A stretch of DNA of 63,955 nt, counting the filler, from Perkinsus olseni (lineage: Eukaryota), in assembly GCA_013115125.1 (NCBI GenBank). It is 3 parts of 3 records of this genome, joined end to end, with 100 filler letters (N's around TTAATTAATTAA, not from the genome) between each part and the next. Parts side by side here need not be neighbours in the genome. Positions count along the whole stretch, not along the records: positions 1 to 22,869 come from JABANN010000528.1; positions 22,970 to 45,829 come from JABANN010000529.1; 1 more part is not named here. The stretch is one strand, 5' to 3'. How positions within the stretch are numbered: the first letter of the stretch is position 1; the number at the start of each line of letters is the position of its first letter. The translations under genes were made by a program, and so were the position numbers. The notes beneath the pieces were generated by a model that was given only the letters and a program-made list of their open reading frames with translations, made no database searches and was not told where the DNA came from. Below, one piece after another: positions 11,592 to 23,067 of this stretch.

Positions 11592-14500
11592 GTGCACGAC
11601 CTCAAGACGCCTTTCAACGGCGTGGTGGGCCTGACAGAAGCTATGAAAGTGATGGTACGAGATGAAGGCAAGAAGCGGCTCTTATCCATGATCAACCGGG
11701 CTGGAACCCGCCTTGCTGAATATGTCAGTCGTACCACACTTCGCCCAATTCTCCTCCAGCCTACACCCTCAGGTAGAACGGACGTTGGAGATTGACGAGC
11801 TTTCGCGTGGCACTATGTTCATGCAGCGTAAGGCAGCACCAGATTAAATTTCCGGATGGTATTGAACGCTTCTCAGAGCAAGACGTCGACGTAGGGCTAT
11901 CGATACTAGAGGCTGTAGAACTCATGCGCTATGCTGAAGACAAGAACGGCGTACCTGTGCGGAAGAGCACCGTCGAACTGGTAGCAGAAAGGGGGGACTC
12001 TCTTCGAGTAATGCAGCAGGCGGTTGCGTCTAGGTCCACGATTGCCCTGCGGGATGGTCGGAGGGTGATGGGCCTGTGGTCGAGGGTGATGACATGAAGA
12101 TATCCAGAATAATTTATCACATCATAGACAATGCTCTCCGCTACACCGAATCGGTAAGGCCCAGCAGTTGGTGCCCTCGGAAGAATCTTTTTCCAGGGTA
12201 CCGTAACAGTGTCGGGCAAAACTGATGCAGATTTTGTCACAGTGACGGTATCAGACACTGGCATAGGTATTGATCCAGCCCGTCATGATGAGTACGTTTC
12301 CCAGTGGAACTCAGTTGGACAGTCTCGCCCCGTGTTCAGGATTTTCATACCCTTCCGTCGACTGGCGTATCCTCACGATGGCTGCCTCGGCCTTGGCCTC
12401 TCCGTCGTCCTGGAGGTAATGCTGATGGAAGTACTGGCTCATTCTCTAACGGATCCGTCCTTATCTGCTCGGTGGAGATCACATGCTTCCTTTCCGCGCA
12501 CTCCCCCTGTCCTTCAGACCCTGCACTTGATGAGTGGATCGGTCGCTGTGCACTCCCTTGGTCGAGGTCAAGGCACTACTGTCACTGTCCGGATACCCAT
12601 AAAAATGAACTCTCCAGTGCCCCTCCAGACGTAGGGCTCGATGCCCTTCCCCGCTTCACGCGGCCACATTCACCTCAGTTTCGATCGGGGTCCCGAGGGG
12701 TTCGGCCTTTACTTGGATACGACTCAGCCGAGGCCACCACAGCGGCTACTAATGAAGCGAACGGTCGGACTGCTAGCGCACGAGCTTCGGATACCCTTCC
12801 TAGGGGTCATCGGCTGCAGCGACTATCTGGTCGGTAGCCGTGCCATCTTGTGGTGATTGCAGCCAATGATGTTGCTGCAGGTGCGGACGGAGGAGAAGAA
12901 GCCTTTACAGAAGCAGCTCGGCATGATCAACCGCTGCGGAGTTCGGTGAGTGAGAAAGACCGTGGCGCACGTTCTTATAGCGTTTTCCTTGTCAGGTTAG
13001 TGGACGTCATAGACGTGGTCAGAGACGCCGCCCTAATGCTAGAGCTGCCTGCCGGACTAGTGGTGAAATCGGTACGTTTCTTAGTCTTCTGGGAACCCTC
13101 ACCCGTGATCTGTCACTGCGACCTCTGCTGTGAATATAGACTCAACTTCATACTAGAATAGTCGATCATCAGGTGTCCCTTAAGGGTCTCCCATCTCGCA
13201 TGTGCTGCTCAGGTGCAGATCCCCATGCTGGTAGAGAACATCCACAAGCAACTGGATGTTGCCAAGGTAGAGCCCCATCGCACTTAGTCCACAGTAGAGA
13301 GACACTGTATCGTAGGATAAGCGGAACCAGCCCATGAAGAAGAGAGAGGTTAACTTCTTCAACGAATGCCCGGCTAGTCTGCCCGACATACAGGGAGAGG
13401 AGCTGAAGCTGGCCAAGGTGAGCTTCCCGCTGTGGCTGTGTGTGACGCATGCTTCGACCTTAGATTATCGAGCATGTGGCTGAGAACGCCCTGAAGTTCA
13501 CCAACAAAGGGCATGTTAGGATAGACGCTAAGGCGACTAAGGGCATGGTGATGAGATTGCGGATGCTCTCGGGATGGGGTGGACTGCTCCTGCTCTTCTG
13601 CTAGGTGACGCTCATAGTGGAGGACACGGGGATAGGCATCCCTGACGAGGACCAGGAAAGGGTATTCCAGCCTTTTGTGAGGTACGCGGAAGGTCGAAGA
13701 GCCGTCCGCAAAATGATGGAATGATTCAGGTTGGAACCCCACAATTACTACGGTCTAGGCCTGGGCCTCACTGTGGTGTATGAGATAGTGAAGCTAGCTG
13801 GAGGCAGCATAGAGATTGAGTCAGCGAAGGATAAGGGGACTACGGTAGTCGCCCGCATGCTTGGTGGTCGGGTGTGATGGTGTTGTTAGTTCCGTATACG
13901 CCTACCAACGGAGAGTCCCAAGACGGTTTTTTTGGACCATCTGGATGCAGTCTTTGTGAAGGCCTCCAAGCGCTCAGCCGCCGATGCTACATCCGCCGAT
14001 GGCAGGCCTCGGGAGAGCTCGGCAGATCCCTTCTTGCCCATCGCTGCTGCTTCTCCCCTGCTTGCGACGACACCTGGCGAGTCTTCCCCTCAAGCGCCAC
14101 CAAGTTCGAATACTCGCAGCGTTGGCTTACTGGACGTCCCTGAACAGCATGTTGAGAGTTCCCGTGGGGATTCTACAACGGGGTTCAAGGCGGAGGTGAT
14201 GGGGTCAGATGCCTTCCTCCATCCAGTCCTCATTGTGGCGTCGGTCAGCCTCTCAGCGCCCCACCTGCTGCTGCCGAAGAGGAAGGTCAGACACAGGAAC
14301 CCTTAGGAATTCATGAAGTGGTATTATGACGCTGATGAGGATGATCATCCTACGGTTACCATGCCGTCATTCTATAGCCGCTGTGCTCAGGAGCGCTTGA
14401 AGTCAGAGCTGGGAAGGCAACAGCAGGCGAAGACTGAAACGGCGGCGGCTCTTCAGGTGGTGAGCTGCTGTGATCTCTGCTGCTGCTGTCGTGCCCGGCC

Positions 14501-16131
14501 TGTCTCGCGTGGTTCGACCTATGATGTGGTGGCCGCGAAGGGGAATGGCTGTCCATTGCAGGATTGGCAGCAACGATGCGAAGCCCTGGTGAAGGATAAC
14601 CTCCAGCTTCGACGTGAAATGGTGGAGGAGAGGGAACGCTCGGCAGGCGAAGTGAGTGGCCGCGGCATCCCCGCTTCTCACGGCAGAATTACAGATACGA
14701 GAGCTGAGCAGCGAGCTAGGATCGGTAAAAAAGGAGAGTCAGGGTAAGCTGGTATCTTCCGTGGGTATCATTTACTGCCTGTCCGCGGTTTTACGAGGCG
14801 TCCGCGTTGCTTTCGTCGGAGGTGCATTTTTCAGAACTGCAAGATGCTATAGGGCGGCAAGAGAAGAATGTGAAGCGGCTAGAGGAGGAGAGAGGTAACG
14901 GTGGGACGCGATGGCTTTGGAGGTCGCCACTCGGTTCGTGCAGCGGCGGCCGTGGCCGGGGCAGAGAAGGCGAATCGTCAGTTCGCTGCGGAGAAGAAGC
15001 TCAGGGAGAAGGATAGGGGGAAGGTGCCAAGCCCACGAGGGGTGGCAAAGGTCAGTTAATGTCGTGGATTTCTTCAGGCCTCTACCCACCCTGCTCATGC
15101 CGCGGAGATGAGCAAGCTCCAGTCCCGTTTGGAAGTAGCCAACGAGGAACTGGTTACGTGCCGGCGAGAGCTCAAGGAATCCAGGGAAGAGGTATGTCTT
15201 GAGCTTCAAGCTTCCATCGCGCGGGGCTTGCCAATGCTATAACACTGGATGAGTGAGCACTTACGTGGTTGTTAGGTTGAAACTCTGAAAGGAAGCGACC
15301 CGACTGAGGTCAACGGGCTAGTAGCGAAGCTGCAGGCCAGGCTCGATCGGGCCAACGAAACGGTGAGACACCATCTTGAGACTTCCTCTGTGTAATGACA
15401 TTACCGTTCGCGCTGCTCCAGATTGAGGAGCTCAGAGAGGAGATAGACGAGTCCGCGCGGAAGAGGGCGGCCCTTAGTCGTGAACTCAGCCGGTTACGTA
15501 ATGGGCGCAGCGAGGACGCTGTAGTGGAGCAGAAGGAGAGCGATTCTCATGTGAGTCAAGGAAGAGCGTTGCGTCCCGCCCGTTTACGCCCTGTTGTTGC
15601 AGGCCTTCCTCCATGCGGTAGAGCAGCTGAAGGACGTGGCCAGCTTCATGCAGCAGGAGATCGAACAGCATGTAATTCCGTGCGGTGCTTGGGTGTGTCT
15701 ATGGCGGCTTATGTAGGTGTCACGTCGCGGAGTTGAGACTTCCGAGGCTCTCCGGTGCTTGAGGGAGGAGAACGAGAAGCTGCGCACTGAATTGAGGATG
15801 GTCAGAGCCTCGGGAGAGGAGGTCGGCAGCATGGCCAGATTCAGCCTCTACAACTTTTCCGCCCTCAGAGCCAGCACCCGAAGGACTGCCAGGAGGGGGG
15901 AGACTTCGAGGAGCTCAAACGGCAGAATGAGTACGGAGTTGGCCGCCCTTCGGTGGAATGCATGAAGGGTCGTGGCCGCTATTTCAGGCACCTTCGAGCC
16001 GAGCTTGGTCACCGCAGCGCGAGAATCCTCAGGCTACAACAGGAGGCTCGAAGATTACGCTCACACATAGCAGAGCTCAGCCTTGGACTGCAGCAGAAGG
16101 AGGATGAGGCGGAGGATCATTTCCTCAGGTG
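11592..16131 (+). CDS. Dual histidine kinase (HisKA-HATPase_c x2) with a long coiled-coil tail; multi-exon, true start and end uncertain
   Basis: Module 1: HDLKTPFNGVVG, DNALRYT, DTGIGI, IFIPF, LGLGL. Module 2: HELRIPFLGVIG, ENALKFT, DTGIGI, VFQPF, GLGLGL. E/R/L-rich heptad exons follow from about 14380. Confidence 0.85.
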
Positions 16132-16576
16132 AAGGTCGCTGAATTCACTTAGTGTCAGTGTTGATGGCGGGGAGCCGGAGTGTTGCATGCGGATATCTTC
16201 CGTAGCGTGTTCAGTGACAGTGTGAGGGTCGTACGTCTCAGTGAAAGGCATCTTCTCGGATAAGCACGATCTTCGTGCGTCTACGGTTGTGGTTGTGCAC
16301 CTGATGCTCGGCTTGATTTCAGGTGTTTCGCTCGACGGCCATGTAGTGCATCACCGACTCTGCGACGGTGGCGATATCCTTGCGAATCTCAAGGTAGGAC
16401 CCGTAATCCGTTCCCATCTCAGTGGCTGTGGTCGGTTAATGAGTTTATTCACAGCTACGTCACGCGCCACGAAATTCGAAACTCATTTGATCTTGACACT
16501 GGCTTGAACTCATCTTCGAGAGATATTACCTTTATCTATCATCAGTGAGATAGCCATAGAACAGTCATCGCTTCCG

Positions 16577-17128
16577 TTATTCGTTGATCGAACTCTCTTT
16601 TTGATCTTTGCGTCCCAGAGCTCCTCGACTACGGCCGGGTGATGACTGATCGGCAAGGGGCCGACCCCTCGACAGCCCTGCCAGCGTTGCTCCCCTCTTC
16701 TTCTGTCTCCACCACAGCACCTACTACTGCGAGGTCCCGATGGTCCCCTATAGCAGCCTTGAACTCGGCAAGGACTGCGTAGGCCGGATCACCGTGTTTC
16801 GTTGTTGCTACTTTGCATCACAGGCCCACACAGCCACGGCCATTCAACGGCAGACCCCACCACCATCGGAGCCCTCTGTTGAAGCGCCTCTACGGCTCGG
16901 GCGAAAATGAGAGCTCCCCTTGACGAGTCAACCCCATGCTGCTGGGATAGACTTTCGTGTAAAATTGCATGGTCTCGTGTAGAAGTATCGATCATACCAG
17001 CAGTCGTTGTAATCTGATGTTCGTCCGACCCGCCGTTCTTTGTCGCGTTTGAGTGAGGAAAACTCGAGTGGCACTCGGCCGAAGTAGCTCCCTTGGACCT
17101 GATGCCCGAGCCGCCGGCCCCTGACCAT
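16577..17128 (-). CDS. Small spliced hypothetical protein
   Basis: MVRGRRLGHQ... exon plus downstream exon-like segments with GT-AG boundaries. No recognisable motif. Confidence 0.3.
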
Positions 17129-17239
17129 TACTCAGGAATTAAATTGGCAGAGCGCCTAGTCCCGCAAGACCAAGTATGCGACGCTCCGCCGTTCATCACG
17201 GCTCCGCCTGGACTTTTGTAGCTTCAGATTGACACTCTG

Positions 17240-17840
17240 ATGGCGGGCAAGAAACTTGTGCAACTACGGGATCTCAAGTGAACTCAAGTCAATGGGGGGT
17301 TGTTTAATCGCTGTCAGGTTCGAGGTGAGAGCGAAAGTGGAGCAGGACCGTGTCTTCATCGGTATGGTCTACAAAGTCGGTGCTACTCGCACCGGTACAC
17401 TGGGGAAAGGACGACTGGCCAGGACCGCACAGTGAGGAAGGCTGTGGCTTGGTGTCGGCCGATGATCGTGCAGGTACAGCGACGCTTGGGTGACAGACTT
17501 CCATCCGTACAGTCCCACGTGAGAATCGGACGCCAGTGGACAATCCATGCGTTGGTCAGATACGTGCGCCTTCGCGTCACGGATAGCGCGGCTGCGATTA
17601 AACTGGAAAGAGGGGATGTGTGGTACTTCCTCAACCCGGAGCTCACGCCCGAAGATGATAAAGTTGCCCTCGGGTCCAGACGCTTGTCGCAGTAGTTGTA
17701 TGTTCTTCGTTTTAGGTAGTGATATCTCCTGTCGCTCTCACTGTGGGTACTCGGGAAAAGATGCTGAAGATTGGCACGGCGAGTGGTGTGGGAGACTGCG
17801 AGGCAGTGGTGGGGAGCAAAAGCAAGCAGGGATGCATGTA
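17240..17840 (+). CDS. MCM10-like OB-fold and start of the zinc finger; 3' end unresolved
   Basis: Spliced: VFIGMVYKVG...YSDAWVTDF...VRLRV...ERGDVWYFLNPEL...EKMLKIGTASGVGDCEAVVGSKSKQGC, which parallels the MCM10 internal-domain pattern. Confidence 0.6.
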
Positions 17841-18639
17841 AGGCTTTGCATGCCCGGGGCAAATCCTACTTAGAAGGGGGTCAGCATCGCGTTCGCCATG
17901 ATATAGAGATGAAACGGGTTTCATGTGACGAATTTCTTCCGATAAGTCATTCAATATGATCGTATACTCATGATGTACTAGTTAGTCTAGCACCGATAAT
18001 GCAAATCGGAAACTCAAACTCAGTGTCATATCTGCTCCCAGCATCATGCATCGCGCAGCTTATCATGGATCGTGCGAGATACTGGCTGGGCTCCGTGCGA
18101 ATTGGAGAGGAGGGCCCTTTGATAGTCGTCAAAGGCCCTACAGTATAGTCGCTTTGGACGTAGCGGCCACGTTGTGGCCTGACCACGGTGGCCCACCTAG
18201 GAAGGTCTCGTCGAGTGCCTCGGAGCTCTTGCCGGGAGTGGATGCTGAAAATTCAGCAACGGGTAGCTCGCACCTCTGAATGTCCTCTTTTGGAGGAATT
18301 ACATCCATGAAACATGGAAGCACTGTTTCCGAAACAGGAGATTTACGAGGTCATCGAGGTGGTTGACACGGAGTAGCACAGCGTCGCTCCAATAGCGATG
18401 AAGGTATGTCGGACGAGGAGAGATAAACTTATAAGCTCAAGGCCGGAAACGGTTGTGGTGTGGTGAACAAGGTCAAGGCCAGCATGTCAGTCGGTCTTGC
18501 AAGTTATGGCCACGAGGGTCGGATATTGGCCATGTTGTAGGATAGTTATCGCAATCAAGGAGAGGTGCTCCGCTAGTGTTCAAATTTGACTTCATGTCTT
18601 CATGCCAGTGGATAGCTACCAATAAGTCTGTCTTAGAAC

Positions 18640-19017
18640 GTTAGTCGGGCTGAGGGTTGAGCTGAGTGTTCACAGATGATGTTCCGACTATGAAAAAGAG
18701 CCTAAGAAGGCCGAAAAAGCCAAAATTTCTGCAGAAATGGAATATTTTGCCGAATTTCTCCCAGTGAAATATTTGTAGTACTAGGCCTTCGTAACGAAAA
18801 AAGCGGAGCTCGGCACAAAGTCTCGGGTTCGAACCCCAGCCCGAGTTTTTTCCGTGTTTTTTCGGGTTCATCTACAACGATCCACGACGGTTTTGCTCGG
18901 TAGAACAGGGATGAGACTGATTTCGTATTTTTTATAGAATACACAAACCGCGAGCTTTCGAATGGTATGTGTCTCGCGAGTTGAATCGACCTAGTCGCGG
19001 AGAAATAATTTGAACGA

Positions 19018-19048
<31 letters not shown>

Positions 19049-19105
19049 CACAAAAAAGCGCAGAAGTGACCGTATATGCTCCGCTCGCTTCGCTTGCTCC
19101 GCAAT
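18640..19105 (-). mobile_element. Putative non-autonomous Helentron/HINE (DINE-1-like) element; boundaries approximate
   Basis: The minus strand begins TTGCGGAGCAAGCGAAGCGAGCGGAGCA, followed by a (GTTC)8 microsatellite (about 19012-19045). The body is non-coding and contains GGGTTCGAACCC. Confidence 0.4.
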
Positions 19106-19269
19106 TTCTCGTTTTTTCGGAAAATTTTACTTCGAATATGCCAGTCACTCTGGCTTCCAGTTCGAATATCGTCTCGAAACAGTCAATCTTGCCATAGAAT
19201 GGCTTTCTCTGTGATTTGTATAAGCAAATGACACATTCCTTGGTGCCTTACGCAGTGTAAGTTACACCA

Positions 19270-20950
19270 TGAAAATGTTCGATTATCTATCGCAGCCCTA
19301 CATACGGGTCCTTCTTGTCTCAGATATCCTGTCAACTCCGAGCTCGACCGTTCAGGGCTATGCCATATTCATTTGGAAGAGTTGAGGTCAAAGTCTATGA
19401 ACTCGCGCACTATGACGGGTAGAACCATTCCTCGTGAGAGATAACCCCCGTTCGCTCATCGTATCAGGTGGCCGCCTTCCTGTTAGTTTACTCGGTAATC
19501 GCCTTTCCACGGATATCAAAATGGTAAGTCCTGGATATCATCATCGCCTGAGTAATAATTCACCTTTGAATTCGCAGTCGGACGCGCTATTAAGACCCTC
19601 CGTCGAAGATGCTCTGAAATCTAAGAGAGTAGAAGAAGCAGCTGAGAGGCAAGGGCAGGTTAAAAGTCTGTACGCCCTCCCATTGATGATCGAGGTCCAC
19701 GGAGCCTGTCAGGTCGCTCAGACTTTCGCGACAGCGGGTAACTAGCGGGGAATGTGCCCGTTCAAACGACGGATACATCAATGCTGTTATCAATGACTTC
19801 AACCCCGAGCAGACAGCCACCAGTGTTGTGCCCTTGCTCGGTCGGTTGCTGCATATTAACCGTTCTTGCTGACGAGGTTCACTCTGCGATCGCATTAGTA
19901 TGCGTCTGATGGACTACGCTCAGGTCGGGGCCTTGGGGAAGCCTCAACTATCGACTTCGTTGTCAAAGAAAATGAGCAGCGGCAACCTCGGGACTCGGGT
20001 CCGCTCTCAAGCCGAAGCCCCACGGGGAGAGCGATACCGATCATACCCAAAATGGCCTTGACGGCTGACAACGGCGACAACCTCAAATGCTTTGACGATA
20101 TTATCCGCATCAAAAGCAAACTAAACGGTGAAAGGCAGTAACTCTGTTGGGCTTCTGCGATTGTTCGCTCCGATAGGCTCGGCAGCTAACGAGTTTGACA
20201 CAGTGGCGATGCTCAAGGAGATAAGCAAGTTGACAGATGATGGCTTGCCTCCAGACGTGAGAATATGAGGAGACTCACCGGAATCACCAAATTCGCAGGT
20301 TATCCGGAAATCGGGTATATACGCCGCTGTAGAAAGCTTGGCGGGCAGTACCTCTTCCCGAGACATTGTGCGCCCTGTGGCCGAGACGGTCGCGAAGAAA
20401 CTGGAAGTAGTTGTTGCGATCTATGCTACAGACACTTGCGATTCCAGTGATTGGTAGGAGCGATGCAAGGCGGACCTGCAGACGAAGAGAGCTCGCCGGA
20501 CTATCGACGTGGCTTCTAAAATGTAAGGTGCATGTCGAATGCATGTTTAATCGGGATTGCCATTGTTCAGTTCCTCTAGCGGGTTCAGCCTGACGGACCT
20601 GATGGACCGCTGTGTGCGTGGCAACAGGATGATGCCGCAAAGCTCATTGGCAGCAGGGAAGCGTAAACGGGAAGATGAAGCAGAGACGAGCCATGGTGGT
20701 CGCAATACGAAGAAGCAGCCAAGTGAGATCAACGCTGTCTATGTGAGCCGAGGGGGACACCGGTATGCAGGTTCCAAGGTGAAGGTAGCTAAAAAGCCTA
20801 CTGCCCCACCGATGTCAGAGGAAGAGCGTGCCCGACTACGAGAAATGAAGTCAATTCTGAAGCGATAGCTGTGCAACGAAGCTTCTTCCATGCGCATCGC
20901 ATGCGGTTTCAACCCATCCCAGAGCTTTTTGCGTGGTGTGTCGGCGATCC
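19270..20950 (+). pseudogene. Decayed coding sequence of unknown type
   Basis: Protein-like reading frames (e.g. ..ANEFDTVAMLKEISKLTDDGLPPDVRI*GDSP..SSDW*ERCK..) broken by isolated stops and frameshifts. Confidence 0.3.
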
Positions 20951-22224
20951 TTTTCTCGCGCTGGGAATATGTGTTTTCGATGGACCAAGGTCGTTTCCGA
21001 CTTAATTGGAATCGGACCGGCGTGCGCAGTGTGGGGGCCCGAGTCAACGATTGATTTACAATGGTACCAAATGCTTCGTCAAGGACTCCCCTGTAAGCGC
21101 TCTATTCGAACTGAGAAGCTTCTCAGGGGTCCTCTTAGAGAAGTTCTGAACTTCTCTTCCACGCCTCACCGTGTGCTTCACCGTCTCACAAAACTCACCA
21201 CCGTGCGCCGGCACAAGAGTAACCCTTGCGACTCCACGATACACCTCTTCATTGGCAGAATTCCTTTCTGACGCGATACTCCAATCGAAAGCGTTTGTCA
21301 CCTAGCCCGCGTTCAGTCACTACAACAGGGTAAACAACAAGCCCGTATGTCGCGTCTCTTCTGCAGTGTCCCGGGCCGTGCTACAAGAGCTCTATATGCT
21401 GTATTTCGTGATGCTTATGGTTCATAAGTTATGAAGTGAAGAAGACGCTCTGACAAATCGAAGCACATATAGGTAAGGTCCCCCTCAACAGTGGAGTGGC
21501 TCATAATGAGCCGCTCATTATTTCGACGCGCTGAAGGGTGGACCGGCTTTTATTAGATTAGATAACTCAGCAAGAGTTTTTCACCGTGCTGCAAGGTAAT
21601 GACCAGATTAATTAATCAGTGCGTAAGCTAGGCCAGCCAGGGAGACACTGACGGAAGGACTCATCGGGCAAGATGGTCAATCGTGTGAATCATTTCTCCA
21701 CTGTTCAGTGAAGCTTCCGGCGTCGTGTATGTCAGTTCAAGTCCAACGCCGTCGCCGGCGAAATTAGAGTTGATGCCGGCGTCGTCGGTTGGGTATTTTC
21801 GACGAAATTGAGCCAAAAGTTCAACCATGGGGGGGACCAACCCTAGGTCAAAGAGACTCGCGGAACGCAAAACCTCGGTACATAAAAGTCTTTGCTTGAA
21901 AGACAGAGAGTGGAAGAAAATCGGTGCATCATCTTATGCACCAAATGATCACCACGCTCCTTGTGGACATATACAGAAACGCCGAAAGGAGAATGATGGA
22001 AACAATCTTGAAATTTTCGTCCCATTTTGAGACAAGTGAGTATTACTCACTGAGTAACTTAATAATAGGATACATATTCGTAAGACTTAGCTGGAGGTCG
22101 CAGTAAGCAGTCTGACTGTACTACTTCCAGGATGAAGAAGGTTCTCAGACCTTCAACCAAGAAGTAGAAAGCAACTCAAGAAACTCAAGAAGCAACTCAG
22201 CCGTTCAAGAAACCGCTAGCCTGG

Positions 22225-22798
22225 CTAGCCTAGCCAGAAGAGCGGTGTCATCATGCTGAACTCCGTCGCTTGTTGTATATACCACCTGGCACGAGACATC
22301 GAACTCCCAACGGTTGGGACCCAACCTCTTACACCCCTCGTCTTCCTTTTGCTGGACACTTCCTGCGTAACCTGGAATGGTAGCAGCGAGCCAGGTCTAC
22401 TCGGTGCGGAGTTAACGAGTCTCAGGCCAGTCCTGTGAGCATCTACGCCCCTAGGTGCCGTGGTAGACAATTCCTGGGGATCGACGGTGAAACTAAGCTC
22501 GTCCTCAGGGACCTTCGAATGATGTTGCGAAAGCGACAGGCACCCCATCATCCGTTCCAACGGTAGTCCTAGAACTTGGCGCTATGGCCCACGTGAAGTT
22601 GGCAAAGGCGAACTCGATCCCAACGAAAGCAAAACTAGCAGTCTCGACCGTGATTCCACTCTGAGGAGGGAGGTCAACTACATTGAGCTGCACTGTAGCG
22701 TTTCTGCCACGCCCAGGGTACCCAGGTGAGTTAGACAAGAATCTAATACCGGGGCTTTCTTGATAGGCACCGTTGTCGTTCACACCCTCTAAGATGTA
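22225..22798 (-). pseudogene. Frameshifted hypothetical gene cut at its 5' side by the TIR element
   Basis: ORF 22505-22804 runs out of the TIR. At ...FATSFEGP* the protein-like frame continues +1 as EDELSFTVDPQE. Confidence 0.4.
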
Positions 22799-22869
22799 CA
22801 CCATTTCCAGACCTACTTAGTAAAACCCCAGAGCAATTTAATAAAGCCCAGAGCAAATTAGTAAAACCC
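22799..22869. mobile_element. Second terminus of the same TA-flanked TIR element family, running into the gap
   Basis: TA|CACCATTTCCAGACCTACTTAGTAAAACCCCAGA followed by the same 20-21 bp units, inverted relative to 1-110. Confidence 0.65.
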
Positions 22870-22969
22870 NNNNNNNNNNNNNNNNNNNNNNNNNNNNNNN
22901 NNNNNNNNNNNNNTTAATTAATTAANNNNNNNNNNNNNNNNNNNNNNNNNNNNNNNNNNNNNNNNNNNN
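22870..22969. other. Assembly gap with an artificial six-frame-stop linker
   Basis: N44-TTAATTAATTAA-N44. Confidence 0.97.
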
Positions 22970-23040
22970 ATGTCAAAGCTTCGTACCAACAGAGTTATCT
23001 CAATTTTAGCGATTTGCATATCAAAATGGCACACACTGTA
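22970..23040. mobile_element. Tc1/mariner-type TIR end lying in an intron
   Basis: Reverse complement reads TA|CAGTGTGTGCCATTTTGATATGCAAATC. 23011-23040 is 26/30 identical to 45971-46000. Confidence 0.6.
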
Positions 23041-23067
23041 GACTTGGATTCAACAGGTAGGCTCTAC

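Noticed and set aside
18825-18836. tRNA gene at GGGTTCGAACCC (also near 30364)
   Set aside because: Only a T-loop-like motif. No cloverleaf could be folded.
22503-22516. Frameshift at AGGT-CCCT resembling Perkinsus mitochondrial recoding signals
   Set aside because: Nuclear, transposon-disrupted locus and a single case. A simple indel explains it.
1-22869. One 22.8-kb composite transposon, or telomeres (GGGGTTTT)
   Set aside because: The element bodies extend outward with TA on the inner side, so they do not enclose the genes. GGGGTTTT is not tandemly repeated.
22914-22925. TTAATTAATTAA inside N runs (also 45874-45885)
   Set aside because: Artificial scaffold linker. Adjacency across the gaps is not directly evidenced.
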